In this document: positions 1-9,114 of the stretch, piece by piece
How the letters are laid out: each line of letters starts with the position of its first letter
How positions within the stretch are numbered: position 1 is the stretch's first letter
From: Candidatus Limnocylindrales bacterium
Lineage (GTDB): Bacteria; Chloroflexota; Limnocylindria; Limnocylindrales; CSP1-4
Reading direction: 5' to 3'
Assembly (NCBI GenBank): GCA_035720425.1
Contig: DASTOB010000119.1
Coordinates: forward strand, 24,494 to 88,493
DNA: 64,000 nt
Program-made: the position numbers and the translations under genes
The notes under the pieces: generated by a model
Seen by the model: the letters and a program-made list of their open reading frames with translations, nothing else
Database searches by the model: none
What the model was told of the DNA's origin: nothing

Positions 1-1
1 C

Positions 2-1894
2 CTCGGCGGATACGCCTCCGGAACGGTCGCCGGCGTCGCGACACGGCGCTACCACGGTCTTCTCGTGGCCGCGCTCACGCCACCGGTCGACCGGACCGTC
101 CTCATCGGCGGGCTCGTCGAGTGGCTGACCGTCGACGGCGAGCGGGTCGCCCTCCACGCGCACGAGTACGCCGACGGGACGATCGACCAGCATGGCTACC
201 GGCGGCTCGAATCGTTCCGCCTCGACGGGGCGCTGCCCGTGTGGCGCTACGCCGTCGGCGACACCGCCATCGAGAAGCGCGTCTGGATGGAGCATGGCGC
301 CAACACGACGTACGTTCGCTACGAGGTCGTCCGCGGGTCGCGGGCGGTGGACCTCGAGGTCGTCCCCCTCGTGACCCGGCGCGACCACCACGCCCTGACC
401 GGCGAATGGGCCGGGATCCCGACCGGCGAGCCGGGCCTCCGCGTGATCGCGGGCGGAGGAACGGAAACCGCGCTGGGATCGTGGTTCCGCGGCTTCCGGC
501 ATCGCGAGGAAGAGGCGCGCGGACTCGATGCCCGCTCCGACCTGTACGCGCCGTGCGCCTACCGGGCGACGATCCCCCCGGGCGAGTCGTGGACGCTCAC
601 GCTGACGAGCGAGGCGAACGGGCCGACCGACCCGGAGGCGGCCCTCGCGGCCGCGCTCGTGCGCCAGGCGACGCTGCTCGAGCGGGCCTCGGCTGCCGAC
701 GCGCCACCGCCGATTCGCCAGCTCGTCCTGGCGGCGGACCAGTTCATCGTCGATCGGCCGATCCCGGCGACTGACGGCTCCGCAGAACCCGGCCGGACGA
801 TCGTCGCCGGCTATCCCTGGTTCAACGATTGGGGCCGCGACACGATGATCGCCCTGCCGGGGCTCACGCTCTCCACCGGCCGACCGGAGGAGGCGGAAAC
901 GATCCTTCGCGCGTTCGCCCGGTTCGTCCGTGACGGCCTCCTGCCGAACAACTTCCCCGACCGGGCGGGCGACGACCCCGGCTACAACACCGTCGACGCG
1001 TCGCTCTGGTATCCGCTCGCCGTTCGCGCCCACGCGGACGCGACCGGCAGCCGCGAGCTCGTCAGCGAGCTCCTGCCAACGCTCCGCGCGATCCTCGACC
1101 ATCACATCGCCGGAACCCGCTACGGGATCGCGGTCGACCCGTCCGACGGGCTCCTGCGGGCCGGCGAGCCGGGCGTTCAGCTGACCTGGATGGACGCGCG
1201 GGTCGGCGATCGGGTCATCACGCCGCGGATCGGCAAGCCGGTCGAGATCCAGGCGCTCTGGATCAACGCACTCCGAACGGTCGGCGGCTGGCTCGTCGAC
1301 GCCGCCGAGGCCGATGCCGGCCACGCCTTCATCTCGCTCGCGGACCGCGGTACGGCGTCGTTCCGGGCGCGCTTCTGGGACCCGGGCCGCGGCCACCTGG
1401 CCGACGTCGTCGACGGCCCCGACGGCGACGACTGGTCGCTCCGCCCGAACCAGCTGCTCGCCCTGTCCCTCCCCCACCCGCTCGTCGATGGGCCGGTCGC
1501 GGAAGCCGTCCTCGACGCCGTCGGGCACGCGCTCGTCACGTCGTTCGGCCTGCGCTCGCTCGCGCCGTCGGACCCTGCCTATCGCGCCCGGTTCCAGGGA
1601 CCGCCGCCGGAGCGCGATGGCGCCTACCACCAGGGCACCGTCTGGTCGTGGCTGCTCGGCCCGTGGGTCGACGCGGTGCTGCGCGTGACCGGCAACCGCG
1701 AGCTGGCCCGCTCGTACCTCGAGCCGATGGCACATCACCTCGCGGACGCGGGTCTCGGCTCGGTCTCGGAGTGCTTCGAGCCGGAGCCGCCGCACGAACC
1801 CCGCGCGTGCATCGCCCAGGCCTGGGGCGTCGCCGAGATCCTCCGCGCGTGGCGCGCGGTCGAGGGCCTCCCGGCGGTCGCGCCACCGGCCTGA
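2..1894 (+). CDS. Glycogen debranching enzyme / amylo-alpha-1,6-glucosidase family; 5' end runs off the window
   Basis: The frame is open from nt 2 (LGGYASGTVAGVATRRYHGLL before the listed GTG at 65). C-terminal motifs GYPWFNDWGRDTMIALPGL, QLTWMDA and AYHQGTVWSWLLGP are typical of the GDE_C six-hairpin glucosidase family. Confidence 0.85.
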   Translation, partial: LGGYASGTVAGVATRRYHGLLVAALTPPVDRTVLIGGLVEWLTVDGERVALHAHEYADGTIDQHGYRRLESFRLDGALPVWRYAVGDTAIEKRVWMEHGANTTYVRYEVVRGSRAVDLEVVPLVTRRDHHALTGEWAGIPTGEPGLRVIAGGGTETALGSWFRGFRHREEEARGLDARSDLYAPCAYRATIPPGESWTLTLTSEANGPTDPEAALAAALVRQATLLERASAADAPPPIRQLVLAADQFIVDRPIPATDGSAEPGRTIVAGYPWFNDWGRDTMIALPGLTLSTGRPEEAETILRAFARFVRDGLLPNNFPDRAGDDPGYNTVDASLWYPLAVRAHADATGSRELVSELLPTLRAILDHHIAGTRYGIAVDPSDGLLRAGEPGVQLTWMDARVGDRVITPRIGKPVEIQALWINALRTVGGWLVDAAEADAGHAFISLADRGTASFRARFWDPGRGHLADVVDGPDGDDWSLRPNQLLALSLPHPLVDGPVAEAVLDAVGHALVTSFGLRSLAPSDPAYRARFQGPPPERDGAYHQGTVWSWLLGPWVDAVLRVTGNRELARSYLEPMAHHLADAGLGSVSECFEPEPPHEPRACIAQAWGVAEILRAWRAVEGLPAVAPPA

Positions 1895-1901
1895 CCGCCG
1901 C

Positions 1902-2129
1902 TCAGCCCCGCAGCAGCGTCAGCGCCCCTACCCACAGCGTCATCAGGCAGCCGATCGCGCCCATCGCCGCGAGGAACACCTCGCCACCGAGCCAGGCCGC
2001 TGCGGCGACGCCGCCGAACAGGACGGCGAGAAACGCCGCGATGGCGGCCATCCCGACCCGTTCGACGAGCGGGCGCGGCCGACCGCCCCCGGCCGACGGG
2101 CCCGGCCCCGGTACTCCCTGCCCACTCAT
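1902..2129 (-). CDS. Small (75 aa) two-helix membrane protein, translationally coupled to pbpA
   Basis: Internal ATG of ORF 1902..3029 gives MSGQGVPGPG...MAAIAAFLAVLFGGVAAAAWLGGEVFLAAMGAIGCLMTLWVGAL. This ATG overlaps the pbpA stop (ATGA at 2126-2129). The rest of the long ORF is Arg/Gly-rich shadow sequence. Confidence 0.55.
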   Translation of the reverse strand: MSGQGVPGPGPSAGGGRPRPLVERVGMAAIAAFLAVLFGGVAAAAWLGGEVFLAAMGAIGCLMTLWVGALTLLRG

Positions 2130-3634
2130 CGGCCCACGCCGTCGACCAGGTACGCGCGCATGAGCGCACCCGCGAGCGGCGCAGCCCGCGCCCCGCCTCG
2201 GCCGCCCCGTTCGACGAGCACGGCGATCGCGATCTGCGGATCGTCGGCCGGGGCGAAGCCGATGAACCACGAGTGCGGCTCGCCGGTCCCACCGAGCTCC
2301 GCCGTGCCAGACTTGCCGGCCGTCGGGATGCCCTGGATCGCCGCGCCGCTCGTGAACTGGCGCCCGAGCGTCCCCTCCACCGCCTGGCGCATCGCGGCGA
2401 CGATCGCGGCCGCGTCGTCGGCGCCGAGCACCCGCCGGACTTCGTCGGGGCGCACCGGTCGGACGCCGCCTTCGGCGCTGCTGAACGAGGCGACGAGGTG
2501 CGGTCGCATGAGCACCCCGTCGTTGGCCACCGTCGCCGCCACGAGCGCCATCTGGAGCGGCGTGACAAACGTCTCCGCCTGCCCGTACCCGGCATTGGCG
2601 AGCTCGACCGCGTCCTTGAACCCGCCGCCGAAGTCGCCGCCGCCGTTCGTGACCTGGGACACGGCGGTCGGCAGCTCGAACGGCAGGGCCGCGTCGAAGC
2701 CCAGCCTGCCGGCCCAGTCCGAAAGCTCGTCCCCACCGACGGCGAGCGCGGCGAGCGCGTAGTAGATGTTCGACGACACCTCCGTCGCGCCGGCGAGGTC
2801 GTACGAACGGACCGGGACCCCGGCGTGCTCGCGGATCCGGAACCCGGACACCACGAGGCCGTCCCGCTCCCCGGCCTCCTGCTCCGGGAAGATCGTGTCC
2901 GGCGCGAACGCGTCGGAACCGAGGCCGGCGATCGCGGTCACGATCTTGAACACCGAGCCCGGCACATAGCGACCGAGCGTCGCTCGCGGCAGGAGCGGCT
3001 GGACGGGGTCCGCGTTGAGCGCCGCCCATGTCGCGCGGCTCGTCGCCGGATTGGCGATCCCGCCAGCGTCATAGACGGGCGATGAAGCGAGCGCGAGGAT
3101 GCCTCCCGTTCGCGGGTCGAGCATGACCACCGCGCCGCGATCGGCTCCGAGGCCGGCGAGGGCCGCGCGCTGGAGGTCGAGCGAGAGGGTCAGCGTGAGG
3201 TCCTGCGGATCGGCCGGTGTCGGGTCGAACTTGCGGAGCAGGTCGGCCACGGGGTCCCGCCGCAGCCCCACCAGGTCCGCGGCATACGTCCGCTCGAGCC
3301 CGGCTGACCCGAACAGCAGCGACGCATACCCGACGACGTGGCTTACGGCCTGGTCGGCGTAGACACGGAAGACCTCGCCGTTCGCATCGCGCTCGTTCGA
3401 CGCGAGCACGATGCCGGCCCGGTCCACGACCTGGCCGCGCAGCGCCGTCCGCGCCGTCGCGATGACGAGCGGGTTGTCGGGCGCCGTCGTGAGCCGCCCG
3501 GCCTCGACCACCTGCCACCAGCCGGCGCCGCCGGCGAGGACACCGAAGGCAAGGGCGAGCCCGACGCCGACGGCGGTGATGTTGGCGCCGACCGGCCGCC
3601 GGGTGATCGGACGCCCGATCGGCAGGTCGCTCAC
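2126..3634 (-). CDS. pbpA: Penicillin-binding protein 2 type transpeptidase (PbpA-like)
   Basis: C-terminal 502 aa of ORF 2126..5011. It has an N-terminal TM helix and the SxxK (GSVFK), SxN (SSN) and KSG (AGKSGTAE) motifs. GTG start at 3634 overlaps the rodA stop (GTGA). Confidence 0.9.
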   Translation of the reverse strand: MSDLPIGRPITRRPVGANITAVGVGLALAFGVLAGGAGWWQVVEAGRLTTAPDNPLVIATARTALRGQVVDRAGIVLASNERDANGEVFRVYADQAVSHVVGYASLLFGSAGLERTYAADLVGLRRDPVADLLRKFDPTPADPQDLTLTLSLDLQRAALAGLGADRGAVVMLDPRTGGILALASSPVYDAGGIANPATSRATWAALNADPVQPLLPRATLGRYVPGSVFKIVTAIAGLGSDAFAPDTIFPEQEAGERDGLVVSGFRIREHAGVPVRSYDLAGATEVSSNIYYALAALAVGGDELSDWAGRLGFDAALPFELPTAVSQVTNGGGDFGGGFKDAVELANAGYGQAETFVTPLQMALVAATVANDGVLMRPHLVASFSSAEGGVRPVRPDEVRRVLGADDAAAIVAAMRQAVEGTLGRQFTSGAAIQGIPTAGKSGTAELGGTGEPHSWFIGFAPADDPQIAIAVLVERGGRGGARAAPLAGALMRAYLVDGVGR

Positions 3635-5115
3635 CGTGCTCCCCGATCGACGATCCGCGCCAGCCGCGAGCGCGGCGGCCGGGGCGGCGGCGGTTCCACG
3701 CCGCGATCCGACAGGGCGAGCAGGAGGCCGACCACAAGTGCGTTTGCCAGGAGCGACGACCCGCCGTACGAGATGAACGGCAAGGTGATGCCGGTGAGCG
3801 GGATCAGCTTGAGGTTGCCGGCCGCGATGATGAACGCCTGGACCCCGACGACGAGTGACAGGCCGGCGGCGAGGAGGGCCCGGAAGTCGTCCGCCGCCGA
3901 GGCCGCGATGCGCAGCCCGCGCTCGATGACGACGAGATACAGGCCGAGGATGGCGAGGACGCCGATGAGTCCCAGCTCCTCGCCGAGCGCCGCGAGCGGG
4001 AAGTCCGTGTGGATCTCCGGAATCGGCAGCCGGCCCCCGACCACGGGCAGCCCGTTCCCGAGACCGGTCCCGAGGATGCCGCCGCGCCCGAATGCGTAGA
4101 GCGCCTGGACGACCTGGTAGCCGGCGCCCTGCGGATCGGCGAATGGATCCAGCCAGATATCGACGCGCTGCGCCACGTGCCCGAACAGGCGGTACATGAC
4201 GGCACTCCCGGCGATGAACAGGCCCAGGCCGATGACGACGTAGCTCGCCCGGGCGGTCGCCACGTACAGGAGGGTGAGGAACACGGCGAAGAAGAGGAGG
4301 GCGGCCCCGAGGTCGCGCTGGATCACGACGATGCCGAGCGCGATCGCCCACATCGCGACCATCGGCGCGAGGTACGGCAGCGGCGGCAGGCGGAGCGGGC
4401 CGAGCCTCGTCGACTGCTCGACGAGGAGCGGCCGGAACTCCGACAGGTAGCCGGCCAGGAAGACGACGAGGATGACCTTGAGCAGCTCGGATGGCTGGCC
4501 GCTGATCGGACCGAGGTCGAGGGTCAGGCGCGCCCCGTTCACGTCCCGCCCGAAGATGAAGGTGAGGACGAGCAGCCCGACGCCGACCGCGGCCCACGTG
4601 TACTTGTAGAGACGGAGCCAGCTGTCGGACCGAACCCCGACCGCGAGCACGGTGATGACACCGAGGGCGAGGACGAGCCAGATGAGCTGCGTCTGGGCCA
4701 GCCCGCCGAGCTGGCCGGCGAGCGACTGCGGCAGCCGCTGCATGAGGAGCAGGCTCAGTCCGCCGAGCAGGCCGACGGCCGGCAGGAGGACCTGGTCCGT
4801 GCGCCGCCCGGCGAGGACCTGAATCAGGTGCGCGGCGAACAACGCCCCGAGGTAGACGAGGAGCGCAGTGAGGTCGTGCGGGGCCAGCGCCCCTTCCGGC
4901 AGCGGAGCGTCGGCAGCCACGGCGGCGCGGGCCCGCACCGTGGCACCGAGGGACACGCTGCCGACGAACAGGGCGATCGCGGCCAGGACGAGCAGCTGGA
5001 GCTCCCGCCACCGCGGGCGCGGCCGCAGGCCCGGGACGATGGCCGGAAGCGGGCGGGCCGTCGCGCCGGTCACCGAAGGGCGGGAGGGCGGTTCGCCCCG
5101 GCCCGGATTGTCCAC
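3631..5115 (-). CDS. rodA: FtsW/RodA/SpoVE family peptidoglycan polymerase
   Basis: Polytopic membrane protein with the family C-terminal pattern (PLTGITLPFISYGGSS). The listed start 5163 is TTG and would overlap fhaB by 41 nt. GTG at 5115, 7 nt after the fhaB stop, is preferred, but the start remains uncertain. Confidence 0.85.
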   Translation of the reverse strand: MDNPGRGEPPSRPSVTGATARPLPAIVPGLRPRPRWRELQLLVLAAIALFVGSVSLGATVRARAAVAADAPLPEGALAPHDLTALLVYLGALFAAHLIQVLAGRRTDQVLLPAVGLLGGLSLLLMQRLPQSLAGQLGGLAQTQLIWLVLALGVITVLAVGVRSDSWLRLYKYTWAAVGVGLLVLTFIFGRDVNGARLTLDLGPISGQPSELLKVILVVFLAGYLSEFRPLLVEQSTRLGPLRLPPLPYLAPMVAMWAIALGIVVIQRDLGAALLFFAVFLTLLYVATARASYVVIGLGLFIAGSAVMYRLFGHVAQRVDIWLDPFADPQGAGYQVVQALYAFGRGGILGTGLGNGLPVVGGRLPIPEIHTDFPLAALGEELGLIGVLAILGLYLVVIERGLRIAASAADDFRALLAAGLSLVVGVQAFIIAAGNLKLIPLTGITLPFISYGGSSLLANALVVGLLLALSDRGVEPPPPRPPRSRLARIVDRGAR

Positions 5116-5122
5116 GCCACGG

Positions 5123-5557
5123 TCACCGCCGCGCTCGATCGAGGCGGAAGCGAGCCTGGCCAACCTGGATCTCGTCGCCGAACCCGAGCGGCGCGACGCC
5201 CTCCACCGGGCTGCCGTTGACGTACGTCCCGTTCGTGCTGCCGAGGTCCTCGACGTACCACGCCCGGCCGCGGAACGTCAGCGCGGCGTGGTCGCCGGAG
5301 GCGAACGGATCGTCGACGACGACCGTGTTGTTCACGTCGCGCCCGATCGTCGTGACCGCATCGAGGGCGAAAACGGCACCCGGCGGCGGATCGCCCGTCG
5401 AGGCCACGACCACGAGCCGCCCGAGCTCCGCGCCGGGCTCGCGGGCGGCTGCGCGGAGGTCCCGCAGCAGCGCCCGGACCACCGTGTAGAGGAAGAGGTA
5501 GAGCACCGCGAGGAAGGCCAGCCGCACGAGCCACAGGGCGAGCACGAAGAAGTCCAC
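5123..5557 (-). CDS. fhaB: Membrane-anchored FHA-domain protein (FhaB/FipA-like)
   Basis: N-terminal TM helix plus a C-terminal FHA domain (TIGRD...SGDHAALTF...WYVEDLGSTNGTYVNG). It sits between fhaA and rodA, as in the actinobacterial cluster. Confidence 0.8.
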   Translation of the reverse strand: MDFFVLALWLVRLAFLAVLYLFLYTVVRALLRDLRAAAREPGAELGRLVVVASTGDPPPGAVFALDAVTTIGRDVNNTVVVDDPFASGDHAALTFRGRAWYVEDLGSTNGTYVNGSPVEGVAPLGFGDEIQVGQARFRLDRARR

Positions 5558-5560
5558 CGC

Positions 5561-6337
5561 TCAGCCCACCGAGACCGACTCGACGACGAGGACCGTGCCG
5601 CCCAGCTCGAGCCGGTCACCCTCGCCGAGCACGACCTCGGTCACCGGCACCCCGTTGACGAGGCTGCCGTTCGTGCTGCCGAGATCGGTGTAGACGAGGG
5701 CGCCGCGGCGCGCCTGGAGTCGGCCGTGAAAGCGGGACACGCGCGAGTCGCGGAGGACGAGCCCGTTTTCGCTTGCCCGGCCGATCGACAGCGGCCGCCC
5801 GTCGAGACGCACCTCGCGCACGCTGCCGTCGGCCCGGATCTCGCGCAAGGTCGCGAGCGGCGCATCGACCGTTGGCACGGAAAAGACCATCGTCCGCCCA
5901 TCCGGCGGCACCGCGGGCCCGACACCGCTCCCGCCTGTGCCGCCCGGCGCGCCCGACGGTCCGACCTCGGGATCCTCGAAGGACGCGTGCACGGCGACCT
6001 CGCCGAGCACCACCTGCGGATCGGCGACCAGGTCCACGCGCGGCCGATCCGCGAGCGTGAACCGGTGGGCGCGGGCGAACGACAGCGCGGCGTCGGCCAG
6101 CTCGGCAGCGAGCCCGCCCGTCATGCCGGCGAACGCCTCGAGGTCGGCGGGGTTGAGCGAGACGCGGAACCGGTTCGGGACGAGCGTGCGCTCCGCGCCG
6201 GACAGCCGCCCGTGCTCCATCGCCCGTTCGATTCGACGCTGGATCTGGACCGGCTGGAGGCGAGCCCGAAACAGTCGCGCGGACGGTCGCTCGAATAGCC
6301 GTTCGAAGAACCGCTCCACGGCGGTCAGGAGGCGCAT
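5561..6337 (-). CDS. fhaA: FhaA-like protein (DUF3662 N-domain plus FHA domain)
   Basis: N-terminus MRLLTAVERFFERLFERPSARLF...QPVQIQRRIERAME is the FhaA N-domain signature. C-terminal FHA domain: SIGRASENGLVLRDSRVSRFHGRL...YTDLGSTNGSLVNG. Confidence 0.85.
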   Translation of the reverse strand: MRLLTAVERFFERLFERPSARLFRARLQPVQIQRRIERAMEHGRLSGAERTLVPNRFRVSLNPADLEAFAGMTGGLAAELADAALSFARAHRFTLADRPRVDLVADPQVVLGEVAVHASFEDPEVGPSGAPGGTGGSGVGPAVPPDGRTMVFSVPTVDAPLATLREIRADGSVREVRLDGRPLSIGRASENGLVLRDSRVSRFHGRLQARRGALVYTDLGSTNGSLVNGVPVTEVVLGEGDRLELGGTVLVVESVSVG

Positions 6338-6526
6338 TGTCGGGGGCGGAGTCTAGCAGGTGGTCTGAAACGGCTCGGCGCGCCGAACCCACGATCTGCC
6401 CGCGGGACCATCGGGCGCACCGGCCGGTACCCTCGTCGGAGGGCCGGATTCCACCCTGCGCTATACTCTCGGTCCCGTTCGGGCGGCCCGTCCGTTCGAA
6501 CGTGTCCAGCGACCATCGGGGGCCCG

Positions 6527-7981
6527 ATGCCGGAGATCCTGACCGAATCGTTCTGCGAACGGTGTGGCACGCGCTACACCTTCGAATCGAGCGCGCCGAA
6601 AGGCCGCCGCCTCGGTCGGTTCAAGACGATCTCGAAGGGCCTGCGCAACTTCGTCATGAGCGACGACACGTCGCTCGACGAGGCGCTCGCCGCCGCACGC
6701 AACGACGCGGAACGCGAGGCGACCGCCCACCAGCTCGACGCATTCCACAAGACGTTCAACTTCTGCATGTCGTGCCGGCAGTACACGTGCGCGAACTGCT
6801 GGAACGAGCCGGAGGGGCGCTGCCTGACGTGCGCCCCGCACCTCGGCCACGAGATCCTGCCCGCGCCGTTCCCCAACCTCGCGCCGGAGTCGATCCTGCT
6901 CGACGCGACGAACGGTGCGGCGACGAACGGGCACGCGGCGGCGATCCCGGAGGCGCTGAGCTGGCCGGTCAGTGACCTGGTCCGGGATGAGCCAGCGGCC
7001 GAAGCCGTGGCCGAGGTCGCGGTGGAGCCGGAGGCCGAGGTCGCGGCTGAGGTCGTGGCCGCGCCGGAGGCCGAGGCTGATGTCGTGGCCGAGGTCGCGG
7101 TGGAGCCGGAGGCCGAGGTCGCGGTGGAGCCGGAGGCCGAGGCCGAAGCCGTGGCGGAGCCCGCGGTCGCGGTCGCGGCGGAGGCCGAAGCGGTAGCGGA
7201 CGTCGTGGCGGAACCGATGGCCGAACCTCTGTTGGCGGCCGCACCGGACGAGCCGGCGCCCGCGGCCGATGTCGAAGCGCCGCCCGCTCCGATCCGACCC
7301 ATGACGGTCCATCCGACCCACGATGCCGTCGACGACCGGGCGGCCGCCGCGGCGGCCCAGACCGCGGCCCTCCTGGCGCGATTCCGGCCCGGCCAGAGCA
7401 TCGACGCCGCGCTCGACGCCTTCGAGGCCGCCCAGGCTGCAGACGAGGCCGCCACCGAAGCGCCGGCGCTGCCGCCCGTCCAGGCTGCTCCCCCACTGCC
7501 GACGCCCGCACCCGAACCGGCCCCGGTCGACGTTGCGCCGGCGGCGACCGCGGAGCCGGCCGTCGCGCCCGAATCGACCGTCGAGCCCACGGCCCTCCCC
7601 GTCGAGCGGGTCGGCCAGCCGGCATGGCGCCTCATCGCTCCGGACGCCACGCCGCGCGCTGCCGACGGACACCCCGCCGACTCGGCGGCAGGCACCGCTC
7701 CGGCGGTGCGGGAGGCGCCCGCGCAGCGTCCCGCGGCCCCGCAGTGGCCGGCCGTGCCGCAGTGGCCCGGCCAGACGAGCGAGAGCCTCGACAACCTCGC
7801 CTTCCTCACGGCGAAGCGCACACCGGACGACGTCTGGGCGGCATCGAGCCGCGACGTCCTCGCTCCGGCTCCGCCGGCCGGCGCCACGACGAGCGGCGTT
7901 CAGTCGTGCGTGAACTGCGGGTTGTCGCTGTCCGCGACGGCGCGGTTCTGCCGTCGCTGCGGGACGCGCCAGGGCGGCTGA
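6527..7981 (+). CDS. Zinc-ribbon protein with a long acidic Ala/Glu/Val/Pro-rich disordered repeat region
   Basis: The N-terminal region carries multiple Cys pairs (CERCG, CMSCRQYTCANCW, CLTCAP). The C-terminus is a zinc ribbon (CVNCG...CRRCG). The middle ~330 aa is low complexity with AEVAVEPE-type repeats. Confidence 0.75.
   Translation: MPEILTESFCERCGTRYTFESSAPKGRRLGRFKTISKGLRNFVMSDDTSLDEALAAARNDAEREATAHQLDAFHKTFNFCMSCRQYTCANCWNEPEGRCLTCAPHLGHEILPAPFPNLAPESILLDATNGAATNGHAAAIPEALSWPVSDLVRDEPAAEAVAEVAVEPEAEVAAEVVAAPEAEADVVAEVAVEPEAEVAVEPEAEAEAVAEPAVAVAAEAEAVADVVAEPMAEPLLAAAPDEPAPAADVEAPPAPIRPMTVHPTHDAVDDRAAAAAAQTAALLARFRPGQSIDAALDAFEAAQAADEAATEAPALPPVQAAPPLPTPAPEPAPVDVAPAATAEPAVAPESTVEPTALPVERVGQPAWRLIAPDATPRAADGHPADSAAGTAPAVREAPAQRPAAPQWPAVPQWPGQTSESLDNLAFLTAKRTPDDVWAASSRDVLAPAPPAGATTSGVQSCVNCGLSLSATARFCRRCGTRQGG
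7008..7215 (+). repeat. Imperfect 24-nt in-frame tandem repeats (unit gccgaggtcgcggtggagccggag = AEVAVEPE)
   Basis: The same unit is read at 7020, 7088 and 7112, with degenerate copies between and after them. Confidence 0.85.
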
Positions 7982-7983
7982 GG

Positions 7984-8793
7984 CTACCCGCCCGCCGACG
8001 GCGGAGGCCCAAGGCGCTCGCGGACCCACGCCGCCCCGACCAGCAGCAGCTGGAACACGAGCGACATCCAGAGCATCGCCGCGAACACCGCGACGAACGC
8101 ACCGAACAGCGCGGCCGTGCCGATCAGGCGCGGCGCCACGAGGCTGAACGCCTGCGTGAGCGCGGCGACGAGCGTCCCGACGATCAAGGCCGGCGGTCCG
8201 GCCGCGCTCCACGTCACGCTGCGGGCCGGCACGATTCGGTAGACGGCGAGGGTTCCGGCGATGAGCACGACCGCGGCGAGGACCGGCGACAGAAGGCCCC
8301 GCGCGTCGAACGGCACGCCAGCCAGCCCGCTGCGCGCCTGTTCGAGGAGGAACGAGAGGACGCCGGTCAGGGCGAGCGCGAGCAGGAAACCGGACAGGAT
8401 CACCGCCACGCTCACGACGCCACGAAGGGTCCGCGCGACGAAGCCCCGCCGCGGCGCACCAGAGAAGATGCGGGCGAACGCGTCGTCGAGCGAGGCGTAG
8501 AACCGACTGGCACCCCAGGCGAGTCCGACGACGCCGACCAGACCGAATGTTGCCGCCCGGCCGGCGAGCTCGTCCATGCTCGCCTCGAGGAAGTCGCGCA
8601 GGGGTGGGAGCCCGCGGCCGAGCGCATCGAGGATCGCGCTGCGCCGTTCCGGGTCGTCCACGACGAGACCCAGCACCGCCGTGAGGAGCAGCAGCGCGGG
8701 CAGGAGCGCGAACAGCGCGCTGTACGTGAGGCCGCCGGCGAGGAGCGCACCGCCGGCCGCCGAGTACCGGTCGAGCACGGCTCGTCCAACCAC
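7984..8793 (-). CDS. YihY/BrkB (ribonuclease BN-like) family membrane protein
   Basis: N-terminus GALLAGGLTYSALFALLPALLLL plus six hydrophobic segments are typical of the YihY family. GTG start at 8793 is the most upstream start in this frame. Confidence 0.8.
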   Translation of the reverse strand: MVGRAVLDRYSAAGGALLAGGLTYSALFALLPALLLLTAVLGLVVDDPERRSAILDALGRGLPPLRDFLEASMDELAGRAATFGLVGVVGLAWGASRFYASLDDAFARIFSGAPRRGFVARTLRGVVSVAVILSGFLLALALTGVLSFLLEQARSGLAGVPFDARGLLSPVLAAVVLIAGTLAVYRIVPARSVTWSAAGPPALIVGTLVAALTQAFSLVAPRLIGTAALFGAFVAVFAAMLWMSLVFQLLLVGAAWVRERLGPPPSAGG

Positions 8794-8873
8794 GACGGGT
8801 CGCCAGGCCAGGGCGCGGTCGACGACCGGACGGAGCCTCCCCGCCGAGAACCGGCCGGGCCACCGACCGCCTG

Positions 8874-9110
8874 TCAGTCCCGAAGCTCCTCGAACAGGCC
8901 CGGCCCAAGGTCGGAAGCGCGAACCCGCCGCGGCGGAGCCACGAGGGCCTTCACCTCGCCGCGTCGGACGAACCGGCGACCGCCGAGCTTGATGCTCTGG
9001 AGCCGGCCGGATCGGGCCCAGTTGCCGATCGTCGTCGGCCGGAAGTGGATGTTCGCCGCGCGCAGAATCTCCGCTGCCTCAGCCAGGGAGATCCAGTCCG
9101 CCGCGGCCAT
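8874..9110 (-). CDS. Small excisionase/MerR-type helix-turn-helix DNA-binding protein (78 aa)
   Basis: Internal ATG of ORF 8874..9413: MAAADWISLAEAAEILRAANIHFRPTTIGNWARSGRLQSIKLGGRRFVRRGEVKALV matches the HTH_17 pattern (..AA.IL......T....RSG.L...K.GGR...R..V). The upstream part of the ORF is Arg/Pro shadow sequence. Confidence 0.7.
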   Translation of the reverse strand: MAAADWISLAEAAEILRAANIHFRPTTIGNWARSGRLQSIKLGGRRFVRRGEVKALVAPPRRVRASDLGPGLFEELRD

Positions 9111-9114
9111 CCGG

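Noticed and set aside
2126-5011. The 961-aa ORF that would give PbpA a 459-aa N-terminal extension.
   Set aside because: The extension is Arg/Pro/Gly/Ala-rich and lies out of frame over the well-supported rodA gene. A GTG at 3634 overlapping the rodA stop gives a normal PBP2 with an N-terminal TM anchor.
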